From Syntrophomonadaceae bacterium (GTDB lineage Bacteria; Bacillota; Dethiobacteria; DTU022; UBA8154): a stretch of DNA of 55,807 nucleotides. The DNA is taken from assembly GCA_003563385.1 (NCBI GenBank), contig PWRZ01000180.1:1-55807 (forward strand). The letters are read 5' to 3'. Within the stretch, counting starts at the first letter, position 1. Each line of letters starts with the position of its first letter. Shown one piece after another: positions 38,832 to 50,035 of the stretch. The translations under genes and the position numbers were made by a program. The notes under the pieces are model-generated. The model ran no database searches, was not told where the DNA came from, and was given only the letters and a program-made list of their open reading frames with translations.

Positions 38832-40085
38832 GTGTGGTTTTTGCTTACGGTTTTGAGTGTCCAGGAAGCACAGCGGCGCATTCTCGAGTCCATTAAGGAC
38901 GGTAGAACAGCGATTGAAGCTGTCGAAGTTTCCTCTTCTCTGGGTAGGGTAACGGCGGAAGCGGTTTTGGCGCCGGAGATGCTGCCCTCTTTTGATCGTT
39001 CTACAATGGATGGTTTTGCGCTGAAAAGCTCAGATACTTTTGGGGCATCGGAAAGCCTGCCTGCACTGCTCAAAATTAAAGGGGAGGTGCTCATGGGAGC
39101 AGGCCCCCCGGGCACCGTGGAACAGGGCGAAGCGATGGGCATTTCCACAGGAGGAATGCTCCCCCCCGGCAGCGATAGTGTCTCTATGGTGGAGTACTGC
39201 GAGATCATCGGGGACAGCGTTGCCGTCTTACGTCCCGTTGCTCCTTATGAAAATACTCTGCGGGAGGGAGAGGACTTTGGCCGGGGCGACTTGGTGCTGT
39301 CCAGCGGTCACGCCATCCGCCCGCAGGATATTGGTGTATTAATGGCGCTCGGTATCGCGGCTGTCAATGTATATGCACGACCGCGCGTGGACATAATTTC
39401 GACCGGGGACGAACTTGTCTACCCCGGGGGGAAACCGGCGCCGGGACAGATAAGAGATGTTAACGGTCCGGCCCTTGCAGCGCAGGTGTTTGAAAGCGGT
39501 GCTCTGCCTCATTACCGGGGCATTTTTGCCGACCAGGAAGAAAAACTGCAAGCGGCCCTGCTGGCCTCACTTGAGGAGGCCGATATCGTCCTCATCTCCG
39601 GCGGCAGCTCGGTAGGGGAAAGAGATGTTACCGTAAGGGTCATCGATAATATTCCCGGGGGCGAGGTGCTTTTCCACGGCATCTCCATGAGGCCCGGCAA
39701 ACCGGCTATCTACGGGATGAGCAGCGGGAAGCCTGTCTACGGGCTTTCGGGCAACCCCGTTTCGGCGATGTTTTCTTTTCTCCTCTTTGTTAAACCGGTG
39801 CTGCGTTCCCTGCAGGGGCTGCCTCCTTTTGCTCCTTTTGTTCCTTACATTGATGCACTGTTGGACAGCAATTTTTCCTCTCCGGGGGGCAGAGAGGACT
39901 ATGTCAGGGTTGCACTGTTAAGGGATGAAGATGCGCCGGCGGGAGAAGGCGCTGCCCGTGCCAGGCCGGTATACGGTGGGCCGGGCCTGCTCAATACCAT
40001 GGTTAAGGCTGATGGTTTTTTTATTATCCCCAGGGATGTCGAAGGCCTGCCGGCGGGTTCCCCGGTAAAAGTTTATCTCTTTTAA
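38832..40085 (+). CDS. moeA: Molybdopterin molybdotransferase MoeA
   Basis: PSFDRSTMDGFA, ISTGGMLP, ISTGDEL, SGGSSVG, MRPGKP, LSGNPVSA. Confidence 0.95.
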   Translation: MWFLLTVLSVQEAQRRILESIKDGRTAIEAVEVSSSLGRVTAEAVLAPEMLPSFDRSTMDGFALKSSDTFGASESLPALLKIKGEVLMGAGPPGTVEQGEAMGISTGGMLPPGSDSVSMVEYCEIIGDSVAVLRPVAPYENTLREGEDFGRGDLVLSSGHAIRPQDIGVLMALGIAAVNVYARPRVDIISTGDELVYPGGKPAPGQIRDVNGPALAAQVFESGALPHYRGIFADQEEKLQAALLASLEEADIVLISGGSSVGERDVTVRVIDNIPGGEVLFHGISMRPGKPAIYGMSSGKPVYGLSGNPVSAMFSFLLFVKPVLRSLQGLPPFAPFVPYIDALLDSNFSSPGGREDYVRVALLRDEDAPAGEGAARARPVYGGPGLLNTMVKADGFFIIPRDVEGLPAGSPVKVYLF

Positions 40086-40108
40086 TTGCTACATTATGGT
40101 GAGGAGGA

Positions 40109-42046
40109 TTGGCCCTTTTGGATAGAAAAGTGTACCTGAGCAACACCCCCCTTTCAAGGGCACAGGAAGCATTTTTGGAGGCGGCATTGAGAAGGGAACC
40201 GGGCATCGAGGAGATCGATACCACTGCTGCGGCCGGCCGGGTTACTGCTGCTCCCGTTTTTGCACGCCTGTCTTCGCCTCATTATCATGCTTCGGCCATG
40301 GACGGCGTGGCCGTGAGGGCGTCGGATACTTTCGGGGTTACCCCTACTTCTCCCGGCAGGCTGCTGCTGGGAGAAAACGCTTTTTACGTCGATACCGGCG
40401 GGGAGCTGCCCCCGGGCTGTGACGCCGTTATCATGATCGAAGATGTCATCTTTCCCGACAGGGATAATGCAGGGATGATAGAAATAAGGGAACCGGCCAC
40501 TCCCTGGCAGCATGTGCGCTCAATTGGAGAGGACATTGCCGCAGCGGAGATGATCCTGCCCTCCTATCACCGCATCAGGCCCTTTGACCTCGGTGCACTG
40601 CTCGGCGGAGGCATTTTTAATGTTAAAGTCTTGAAGGAGCCGGCAGTGGCCATAATACCGACAGGCAGTGAGCTGGTGGCCCCCGGAGCGATACCCCCCC
40701 CGGGGAAAATCACTGAGTCCAACTCCTATACTTTTGCTGCCGCTGTGCATGCCTGGGGGGGAAGGGCCGTTAAATATCCCATAGTGGAGGATGAACCGGA
40801 AAAATTAAAAGAGTCCCTGGAGCAGGCGGCCCGCCAGAGCGACCTGGTCCTGGTAAGCGCCGGCTCATCGGCGGGCAGGAAGGACCATACCCTTACGGCC
40901 CTGGAGGCGCTCGGTGAGGTGATTGTTCACGGGGTAGCCATGCGGCCGGGCAAGCCGGTAATACTGGGAATGATAGGGACAACTCCGGTAATGGGAGTTC
41001 CCGGTTATCCTGTGGCTGCCTATCTTTCCCTGGAGCTGTTTGTAAAACCGCTCCTTTACCACTGGCAGAAGCGGCCATTACCTCCCCCAAACGTCCTGGA
41101 GGCGTACAGCTCCCGCCGCGTTTATTCTTCTCTAAAGGAAAATGAATTTCTGCGCCTTAAAGTGGGGAAAGTGGGGGAAAGGTTCGTGGCCACTCCACTG
41201 CCCCGCGGGTCCGGCGTGACGATGTCGCTGGTGAGGGCCGACGGCATAACTTTAATACCGCAGGACAAAGAAGGAATAGAGGCCGGGGAGAAAATAGATG
41301 TGGAGCTGTGGCGTTCCCGGGAGGAGATCGAAAATACCATAGTATGCCTGGGAAGCCATGACCTGAGCCTGGATATCCTTTCCGACCTGCTCAAAAAAGA
41401 GGGCGGCGGCATTACCCTTTCATCGGCCCATGTGGGCAGCATGGGTGGAATTATGGCCCTTAAAAGGGGAGAAACCCATATCGCCGGAATGCATCTGCTC
41501 GACCAGGAAAGCGGCGTTTACAACATACCGTACCTGCGGCGATACCTTCCCGACCTCGAGCTGGTCCTTGTGCACCTGGCCAGGAGGGAACTGGGCCTTT
41601 TTGTCGCTCCCGGCAACAGGCGCCGGATATTTGACATTGAGGACCTCTGCCGAGATGATGTCCTTTTTGTCAACAGGCAGAAGGGGGCGGGCACCCGCCT
41701 TTACCTGGACTACATGATTAAGGAAAAAAAGCTCGACCCGGCGCGGATAAAGGGCTACGAAAGAGAGGAGTTCAACCACCTGGCTGTGGCTGCAGCCGTT
41801 GCCGCAGGTAGCGCAGATGCGGGACTGGGGATCAGGGCCGCTGCAGAGGCCCTCGGGGTGGATTTCATTCCGCTGACGCAGGAGTCATACGACCTCGCCA
41901 TGCCGGCGGCCTTCTACCAATTGCCTCCCTGCAGGGCCCTGCTTGGAGTAATAAGCTCCCCTTCTTTCAGGGAGGCCGTGCAAGCACTGGGGGGCTATGA
42001 CCTGCAGGAGTGCGGCTCACTGATGTGGCAGTCGCATAATAAGTAA
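40109..42046 (+). CDS. moeA: MoeA fused to periplasmic-binding-protein-like (LysR substrate-binding) domain
   Basis: ASAMDGVAV, IPTGSEL, RPGKP, PGYPVAA then GSHDL, VGSMGG, VNRQKGAGTR, GYEREEFNHLAVA. Confidence 0.92.
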   Translation: MALLDRKVYLSNTPLSRAQEAFLEAALRREPGIEEIDTTAAAGRVTAAPVFARLSSPHYHASAMDGVAVRASDTFGVTPTSPGRLLLGENAFYVDTGGELPPGCDAVIMIEDVIFPDRDNAGMIEIREPATPWQHVRSIGEDIAAAEMILPSYHRIRPFDLGALLGGGIFNVKVLKEPAVAIIPTGSELVAPGAIPPPGKITESNSYTFAAAVHAWGGRAVKYPIVEDEPEKLKESLEQAARQSDLVLVSAGSSAGRKDHTLTALEALGEVIVHGVAMRPGKPVILGMIGTTPVMGVPGYPVAAYLSLELFVKPLLYHWQKRPLPPPNVLEAYSSRRVYSSLKENEFLRLKVGKVGERFVATPLPRGSGVTMSLVRADGITLIPQDKEGIEAGEKIDVELWRSREEIENTIVCLGSHDLSLDILSDLLKKEGGGITLSSAHVGSMGGIMALKRGETHIAGMHLLDQESGVYNIPYLRRYLPDLELVLVHLARRELGLFVAPGNRRRIFDIEDLCRDDVLFVNRQKGAGTRLYLDYMIKEKKLDPARIKGYEREEFNHLAVAAAVAAGSADAGLGIRAAAEALGVDFIPLTQESYDLAMPAAFYQLPPCRALLGVISSPSFREAVQALGGYDLQECGSLMWQSHNK

Positions 42047-42082
42047 ACAGCCGGCAATACTGCTGGCAGGACGGTGATTTAG

Positions 42083-42619
42083 TTGCAAAGTGAAAACCAC
42101 CATCACGATATTACCAGGATTGTCAGGGCTGCGGTGCTGACGGTCAGCGACCGCAGCGCCCGCGGTGAGAGGGAAGATGCCGGTGGGCCGTTGATTGAAG
42201 AGATAGTGCGCAGCAAAGGGTGGGAGGTAATAGTCTACAGCGTCGTTCCCGATGACAGGACGGCCATCAAGAACGAGCTGATCAGGCTGGCCGACAATTT
42301 GGAAGCGGACCTTATCCTGACCACGGGGGGCACGGGCCTGGCGGCAAGGGATATTACACCGGAGGCGACGCTGGACGTTATCGACAGGCCGGTTCCCGGC
42401 ATGGCTGAGGCCATGCGCAGTGAGAGCCTCAAAAAGACGCCTTACGCCATGCTTTCGCGGGCTGTGTGCGGGGTAAGGGGAACTTCGCTCATTGTCAATC
42501 TCCCGGGCAGCCCCCGGGCCGTGCAGGAGTGCCTGGAGGTAATACTGCCCGTTGTCCCGCACGCCGTTGAGCTGCTGCGAGGCAGTGTCACAGATTGTGC
42601 CCCTCCCGCGGACAGCTGA
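42083..42619 (+). CDS. MogA/MoaB molybdopterin adenylyltransferase
   Basis: LTVSDR, VPDD, TTGGTG, RDITPEAT, AMLSRA, NLPGSP. Confidence 0.93.
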   Translation: MQSENHHHDITRIVRAAVLTVSDRSARGEREDAGGPLIEEIVRSKGWEVIVYSVVPDDRTAIKNELIRLADNLEADLILTTGGTGLAARDITPEATLDVIDRPVPGMAEAMRSESLKKTPYAMLSRAVCGVRGTSLIVNLPGSPRAVQECLEVILPVVPHAVELLRGSVTDCAPPADS

Positions 42620-42809
42620 ATATTACATATTTTTTTTTCAGCGGGATATAATAATGGCTGCTGGTATTCTTTGAGAAAATAAGCAATTAAAAGAAACAGG
42701 GAGTATTTGCGCCTTCAATTGAGTATGATTGCTTTTTTGCTTCTTTATCAAGCTTTTGTTTCGTTTGCTTATGAGCGTTGTTGCCTGTAATATATGTGTG
42801 GAAAGATTG

Positions 42810-42836
42810 TTAGCACTCCTTTAAAGAGAGTGCTAA
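42810..42836 (+). promoter_or_regulatory. CIRCE element (HrcA operator)
   Basis: Perfect TTAGCACTC-N9-GAGTGCTAA upstream of groES. Confidence 0.98.
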
Positions 42837-42893
42837 CAGGTGGCATATCACAAAGTGACGCCAATTAAAATTATATTAAGGAGGTATAACTCT

Positions 42894-43181
42894 ATGAATC
42901 TGAAACCTTTGGGAGACAGGGTAATCATCAAGGTTTTGGAAAAGGAAGAAAAGACCACCGGGGGCATTGTGCTTCCGGACAAGGCCAAGGAAAGGCCCCA
43001 GGATGGAGAGGTAAAAGCTGTTGGCCCGGGGAAAATACTCGATGATGGAACAAAAGTGCAGATGGAAGTCAAAGTTGGGGACACGGTTGTTTTTTCCAAG
43101 TATGCCGGTTCAGAAATAAAGATCAACGGCGAGGAGTACTTAATTTTAAGGCAGGATGATATCCTGGCTGTATATTCCTGA
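42894..43181 (+). CDS. groES: Co-chaperonin GroES
   Basis: [23 protein letters not shown]; SD AAGGAGGT before ATG 42894. Confidence 0.98.
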   Translation: MNLKPLGDRVIIKVLEKEEKTTGGIVLPDKAKERPQDGEVKAVGPGKILDDGTKVQMEVKVGDTVVFSKYAGSEIKINGEEYLILRQDDILAVYS

Positions 43182-43284
43182 ATTTGAGCTATAATGATCA
43201 CCGGTTTGCCGGATAAGATAAAAGTGACAAATATCCAGGCATACTTAACGATACTCAAAGAAAAAGATAATTTAAGATACTTAA

Positions 43285-44922
<1,638 letters not shown>

Positions 44923-44944
44923 AAGATACAAAAGGCGTTAATTA

Positions 44945-44994
44945 AAAGGGGCCGTCCCAGGGGCTACTTTGGGCACGGCCCCTTTCTTTTTTTT
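44945..44994 (+). terminator. Rho-independent terminator after groEL
   Basis: AAAGGGGCCGT...ACGGCCCCTTT plus T8 tail. Confidence 0.88.
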
Positions 44995-44999
44995 AGGTT

Positions 45000-45027
45000 G
45001 CAGGAAAAATGAAAGAGTTTGACGAAT
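45000..45027 (+). promoter_or_regulatory. Candidate sigma-H-type promoter for guaA-pur operon
   Basis: GCAGGAAAA-N12-GACGAAT; AGGA to GAAT spacing 18 nt. Confidence 0.55.
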
Positions 45028-45063
45028 AGAAAAACGAAAAGTTGAAGAATAGAAAAACTAAAA

Positions 45064-45121
45064 GACCTTCCGGCGGCCACACGGCCACAGTGACAAGTTG
45101 CTGGAGAGCCGGTTAGCAGTC
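45064..45121 (+). ncRNA. Candidate cis-regulatory structured RNA (three-way junction) in guaA leader
   Basis: GC-rich island in an A-rich leader; hand fold gives P1 CCGGC/GCCGG, P2 GGCC-acac-GGCC, P3 CAGTGA-caag-TTGCTG. Confidence 0.45.
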
Positions 45122-45155
45122 GTTTAATAAGGCCATTATAATAAAGGAGAAATAC

Positions 45156-46694
45156 ATGGGAGCAGCAGAAAAGGTAGTTATACTGGATTTTGGCGGGCAG
45201 TACACACAGCTGATAGCCAGGAGAGTTCGGGAGCTGAAAGTTTACTGCGAGATTAAACCGTACAATGTGACGCTTGCGGAGCTGCTGGAAGCGGAGCCGT
45301 CTGCACTTATTTTATCAGGGGGGGCGGGGAGCGTATGCAAGCATGGTGCCCCCCGCTGTGACGAGGGTATTTACGGTATCGGCGTTCCCATACTCGGTAT
45401 CTGCTACGGTATGCAGTTGATGGCCGCGGACCTTGGCGGGATTGTTAAGGAAGCGCAAAAGCGGGAGTACGGGAAAACCAGTATTACCATCACCAAAAGG
45501 GTGGAGCTCTTCAAGGGGCTGGGAGAACAGCTCGTGGCCTGGATGAGCCACGCCGACCAGGTTAGGGAAGCGCCCCCCGGATTTGCAGTAGTTGCCGTCA
45601 GCGACAATACACCCGTTGCTGCCATCGCAGACGAGGACAGAAAGTTTTACGGGCTGCAGTTCCACCCGGAGGTCATCCATACTCCCCAGGGGCAGATGAT
45701 GCTGAGCAATTTTCTGTTCCACATCTGCCGCTTTTCGGGCAGCTGGACGATGGAGAATTTTGTTGAATTGAGCATCAGGGATATCAGGGAGAAGGTGGGA
45801 GACGAAGGGAGGGCCGTTTGCGGCTTGAGCGGGGGGATCGACTCTTCCGTTGCCGCGGTGCTGATGCACAGGGCCATCGGCTCCAGGCTGACCTGCATAT
45901 TTGTCGATCACGGCCTTCTGCGCAAGGGTGAAAAAGAGCAGGTCATCTCTACTTTTGAGGGCCATTTTAATATGGATATCGTGGTCGTGGATGCCGCTTC
46001 CGAGTTTCTCTCGCGCCTTCGCGGTGTTACCGGCCCCGAGGAGAAGAGAAAAGTGATCGGCAACCACTTTATCAGGGTTTTTGAACGGGAGGCGCAGAAA
46101 CTCGGTGACGTTGAATACCTGGTGCAGGGGACTCTTTACCCGGATGTTATCGAAAGCGGCACCGCCACCGCCGCCGTTATCAAGTCCCACCACAACGTCG
46201 GCGGGCTGCCGGAAGACATGGATTTCAAGCTTATAGAACCCCTGCGCCACCTCTTTAAAGACGAAGCGCGCCTGGTAGCACAGGAGCTCGGCCTTCCGGA
46301 AGAAGTAGTCTGGAGGCACCCCTTCCCGGGACCGGGCCTGGCCGTGCGTGTTCTCGGCGAGGTTACCCCGGAGAAGCTCTCCGTGTTGAGGGAGGCAGAT
46401 GCCATAATTATCGAAGAGATTAAAAAAGCCGGCCTTTACCGCAAGATATGGCAGGCTTTTGCTGTTTTACCGGGGGTGCTCAGCGTTGGTGTGCAGGGTG
46501 ACGGTCGTTCATATGCCCATACTATTGTCCTGCGTGCTGTTACCAGCCAGGACGGCATGACCGCGGACTGGTTTCCTTTTCCCTACGATGTCCTGGGACA
46601 GATATCGAGCAGGCTGGTGAATGAGATTGCGCAGGTGAATCGTTTTGTTTACGACGTTTCTTCCAAGCCTCCCGCAACCATAGAGTGGGAGTAA
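45156..46694 (+). CDS. guaA: GMP synthase (glutamine-hydrolysing)
   Basis: [59 protein letters not shown]. Confidence 0.99.
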   Translation: MGAAEKVVILDFGGQYTQLIARRVRELKVYCEIKPYNVTLAELLEAEPSALILSGGAGSVCKHGAPRCDEGIYGIGVPILGICYGMQLMAADLGGIVKEAQKREYGKTSITITKRVELFKGLGEQLVAWMSHADQVREAPPGFAVVAVSDNTPVAAIADEDRKFYGLQFHPEVIHTPQGQMMLSNFLFHICRFSGSWTMENFVELSIRDIREKVGDEGRAVCGLSGGIDSSVAAVLMHRAIGSRLTCIFVDHGLLRKGEKEQVISTFEGHFNMDIVVVDAASEFLSRLRGVTGPEEKRKVIGNHFIRVFEREAQKLGDVEYLVQGTLYPDVIESGTATAAVIKSHHNVGGLPEDMDFKLIEPLRHLFKDEARLVAQELGLPEEVVWRHPFPGPGLAVRVLGEVTPEKLSVLREADAIIIEEIKKAGLYRKIWQAFAVLPGVLSVGVQGDGRSYAHTIVLRAVTSQDGMTADWFPFPYDVLGQISSRLVNEIAQVNRFVYDVSSKPPATIEWE

Positions 46695-46790
46695 GGCGGC
46701 ATAAAGGTCGGCCGGGGCGGGGGTTGCCACAAAATCTCCGCGAGCTGTTCCCGGCCGTTTACCTTATATAATATTGGGGGTTTGCGAGCG

Positions 46791-47315
46791 ATGAATAGAG
46801 TAGGTATTGTTATGGGCAGCGACTCGGACCTGCCCGTTATGTCTGCAAGTATCAAGGCCCTGGAAGAGTTCGGCATCTCCGCCGAAATGTTCATACTGTC
46901 CGCGCACCGCCTACCAGATGAGACCGCGGCTTACGCCCGCGGTGCCGCTTCCAGGGGAATAGAGGTTATCATAGCCGGTGCCGGGGCGGCGGCACACCTG
47001 GCCGGTGCCACGGCCGCATTGACACCGCTGCCCGTTGTCGCCGTCCCTTTAAGCGGTTCCCCGCTGGGCGGGGTTGACGCTCTTTATGCCATGGTGCAGA
47101 TGCCCAGGGGGGTCCCGGTAGCGACGGTGGCTGTTGACGGCGCCTACAATGCCGGCATCCTGGCAGCCCAGATTATCGGGGTTAAGGATGGGCAGGTACG
47201 GGAAAAGATAGTGCAGTTCAAAGAAGATCTCGCCCGGCGGGTAAAAGAGAAAAACGAGCTTTTGCAGCAGTGCGGTTACAAAAAGTACCTGCGCGATGAG
47301 CTGACACAAAAATAA
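46791..47315 (+). CDS. purE: N5-CAIR mutase / AIR carboxylase PurE
   Basis: MGSDSD, SAHR, IAGAGAAAHL, QMPRGVPVATV. Confidence 0.97.
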   Translation: MNRVGIVMGSDSDLPVMSASIKALEEFGISAEMFILSAHRLPDETAAYARGAASRGIEVIIAGAGAAAHLAGATAALTPLPVVAVPLSGSPLGGVDALYAMVQMPRGVPVATVAVDGAYNAGILAAQIIGVKDGQVREKIVQFKEDLARRVKEKNELLQQCGYKKYLRDELTQK

Positions 47316-47334
47316 CGGATCGAGGTGTGCCGAG

Positions 47335-48636
47335 TTGATAGAGAGGTATACCAGGCCCGAAATGGGCGGCATCTGGACGCTGGAAAACAGGTTCAAAAAG
47401 TACCTGCATATTGAGATAGCTGTCTGCCATGCCCTGGCAGAAAAAGGGATCATACCGGCGGCGGCTGCCGAAAGCATTGAGAAGAAGGCCACTTTTAATG
47501 TGCAGAGGATACTGGAAATAGAAAAAGACACCCGGCACGATGTTGTCGCTTTTACACGCTGCGTGGCGGAGAGCCTGGGGGAGGAGTCCCGTTATTTTCA
47601 CTACGGGCTCACTTCTTACGATGTTGTGGACACCGCTTTATCACTGCTTTTAAAGGAAACCGCCGTGCTGATCCGGGAGGGCTTGGACGGGCTCTCCAAA
47701 ATCTTGAAAGAGCAGGCCTTGACCCATCGCCATACCGTTATGATCGGGCGCACACACGGGATTCACGCCGAACCGATTACGCTGGGCTTAAAGTTTGCCC
47801 TCTGGTGGGACGAGATAAACCGGCACAGGGAACGCCTGCAGTGCGCGGAAGAATCAATCTCTTACGGAAAGATGTCCGGCGCGGTGGGCACTTTCGCCCA
47901 CCTTGATCCCTCGGTTGAAGAGTTTGTCTGCCGCAGGCTGGGGCTGAAGCCCGCCCCCATATCGACCCAGATACTACAGCGCGACAGCCATGCACAGTTT
48001 CTAACGGTGATGGCACTGATTGCCTCCACGCTGGACAAAATAGCGGTGGAGATCCGCAGCTTGCAGAAAACAGAGGTGCGTGAGCTCGAAGAGCCCTTTT
48101 ACAAGGGCCAGAAAGGCTCATCGGCCATGCCGCACAAGCGCAACCCCGTCTCCTGCGAGCAGATAAGCGGCCTGGCCCGCCTTGTGAGGACCCATGCACA
48201 GGTTGCATTGGAGAACATTCCTTTATGGCATGAAAGGGATATCTCGCACTCTTCCGCCGAGAGGGTGATATTGCCTGATTCTACCATCCTGGTGGACTAC
48301 ATGCTCTACCAGATGAGGCGCATTATCGGCGGCCTGCACATTTACCCGCAGAACATGCTCAAAAACCTGGAGATGACCGGGGGACTGGTTTATTCCCAGA
48401 GCGTGCTGCTGGCCCTTGTGGAAAAAGGGCTCACCAGGGAGGAAGCATATGACCTGGTCCAGAAGTTGGCCATGCGTTCCTGGGAAGAGGGGCTTCCTTT
48501 CAGGAAGCTCCTGGAAGAGGACCCCAAAATAACTGCGCTTTTATCAGAAGCAGAGCTGCAATCCTGTTTCGACCTGGGCCGGAACTTACGTTTTGTCCCT
48601 TATATATATCAGCGGCTCGGCCTGGAGGCTGAATAA
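47335..48636 (+). CDS. purB: Adenylosuccinate lyase
   Basis: IERY, RHDVVAF, GRTHGIHAEP, GSSAMPHKRNP, WHERDISHSS. Confidence 0.98.
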   Translation: MIERYTRPEMGGIWTLENRFKKYLHIEIAVCHALAEKGIIPAAAAESIEKKATFNVQRILEIEKDTRHDVVAFTRCVAESLGEESRYFHYGLTSYDVVDTALSLLLKETAVLIREGLDGLSKILKEQALTHRHTVMIGRTHGIHAEPITLGLKFALWWDEINRHRERLQCAEESISYGKMSGAVGTFAHLDPSVEEFVCRRLGLKPAPISTQILQRDSHAQFLTVMALIASTLDKIAVEIRSLQKTEVRELEEPFYKGQKGSSAMPHKRNPVSCEQISGLARLVRTHAQVALENIPLWHERDISHSSAERVILPDSTILVDYMLYQMRRIIGGLHIYPQNMLKNLEMTGGLVYSQSVLLALVEKGLTREEAYDLVQKLAMRSWEEGLPFRKLLEEDPKITALLSEAELQSCFDLGRNLRFVPYIYQRLGLEAE

Positions 48637-48637
48637 T

Positions 48638-50035
48638 ATGTTGCTTAAAGACGGCAAAATAAAAGAAGCCTGCGGTGTCTTCGGCATTTACGCACCGGGA
48701 GAGGATCTGTCCCGCCTGACCAATTACGCTCTCTTTGCACTGCAGCACCGCGGGCAGGAAAGCGCCGGAATTGCCCTTTCTGACGGCAGCAGTGTCATTG
48801 TCAGGAAGGGCATGGGTTTGGTTGGGGAGGTCTTCCCGCACTTCGATGATATTATGGATATACCTTCCCTGGCCGCCCTGGGCCACGTGCGCTATTCCAC
48901 CACCGGGGAATCATGCCCCGAGAATGCGCAGCCGCTGCTCATCCGCTACTACAGGGGGAGCCTGGCGGTGGCGCACAACGGCAATATTGCCAACTCCACT
49001 GAGCTGAGGGAAAACCTGGAGAGGGAAGGCTCTATTTTCCAGACCACAACCGACAGCGAGCTTATTGCCCACCTGGTGGCCCGCTACGGCAATGATAACA
49101 TGGAGGCTTCCTTAAAGAAAGCGCTGCAGCGCCTTAAAGGTTCCTATGTATTCCTCTTTTTGACAGAGAACAAACTGATCGGTGTCCGCGACCCCTACGG
49201 GGTCAGGCCCCTTTCCCTGGGAAAATGGGGAGGATACTACGTGCTAGCTTCGGAGACCTGCGCCTTTGATACCATCGGCGCCGAGATGATCAGGGATATT
49301 GAACCAGGTGAGATGGTCACAATTGATGAGAGCGGTATTAGGAGCGTGCCGGTAATGCCCTCCACGCGGACGGCCCTGTGCATTTTTGAGTTTATCTACT
49401 TCGCCAGGCCGGACAGCAATATCCACGGCAGGAATGTCCATCTTATACGCAAGGAGCTGGGCCGCCAGCTGGCCAGGGAACATCCCGTCGACGCCGACCT
49501 GGTAACGGGAGTCCCCGATTCAAGCCTCTCGGCGGCGTCCGGTTTCGCCGAGGAGATGGGGTTGAGCTACGAAATGGGGCTCATCAAGAACCGCTATATC
49601 GGGCGCACTTTTATCCAGCCGCGCCAGGAGAGCCGTAATTTAGGCGTGCAGCTGAAGCTGAACCCGGTGCGTAAGGTGGTGGAAGGCAAAAGGGTGGTCA
49701 TCGTGGACGACTCCATAGTCAGAGGGACGACGAGCAAGAGGCTGGTGCAGATGCTCTTCCATGCCGGTGCCCGGGAGGTGCACATGCGTATAAGCTCCCC
49801 GCAGATTATTTCGCCATGCTATTACGGGATAGATATTTCCACCTACGAGGAGCTGATCGGTTCGAGCAGAAAAGTAGCGGAAATATGCCGCAAAATCGGC
49901 GCTACAACCCTGGGCTACCTCAGCCACCAGGGAATGCTCTGCGCGGTGGGGCTCCCGCCTGACAGTCTCTGCATGGCCTGCTTCACAGGCGATTATCCGA
50001 TAAAGGAGTGTGTTCATGCCCGGGGAAAGCTTTGA
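48638..50035 (+). CDS. purF: Amidophosphoribosyltransferase
   Basis: Propeptide + EACGVFG, LQHRGQESAG, GHVRYST, YFARPDS, VDDSIVRGTTS, FeS Cys CMACF. Confidence 0.98.
   Translation: MLLKDGKIKEACGVFGIYAPGEDLSRLTNYALFALQHRGQESAGIALSDGSSVIVRKGMGLVGEVFPHFDDIMDIPSLAALGHVRYSTTGESCPENAQPLLIRYYRGSLAVAHNGNIANSTELRENLEREGSIFQTTTDSELIAHLVARYGNDNMEASLKKALQRLKGSYVFLFLTENKLIGVRDPYGVRPLSLGKWGGYYVLASETCAFDTIGAEMIRDIEPGEMVTIDESGIRSVPVMPSTRTALCIFEFIYFARPDSNIHGRNVHLIRKELGRQLAREHPVDADLVTGVPDSSLSAASGFAEEMGLSYEMGLIKNRYIGRTFIQPRQESRNLGVQLKLNPVRKVVEGKRVVIVDDSIVRGTTSKRLVQMLFHAGAREVHMRISSPQIISPCYYGIDISTYEELIGSSRKVAEICRKIGATTLGYLSHQGMLCAVGLPPDSLCMACFTGDYPIKECVHARGKL

Noticed and set aside
45030-45155. Guanine, ZTP or PRPP riboswitch before guaA
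   Set aside because: Hallmark sequences (TATAAT...TTTCTACC, GACTGGCG...CGCCTGGG, AGGGTTCCG) not found.
46680-46790. Genomic island at the guaA 3' end integration hotspot
   Set aside because: purE follows within ~100 nt; only a GC hairpin (CGGCCGGG/CCCGGCCG), no integrase or duplicated att site.
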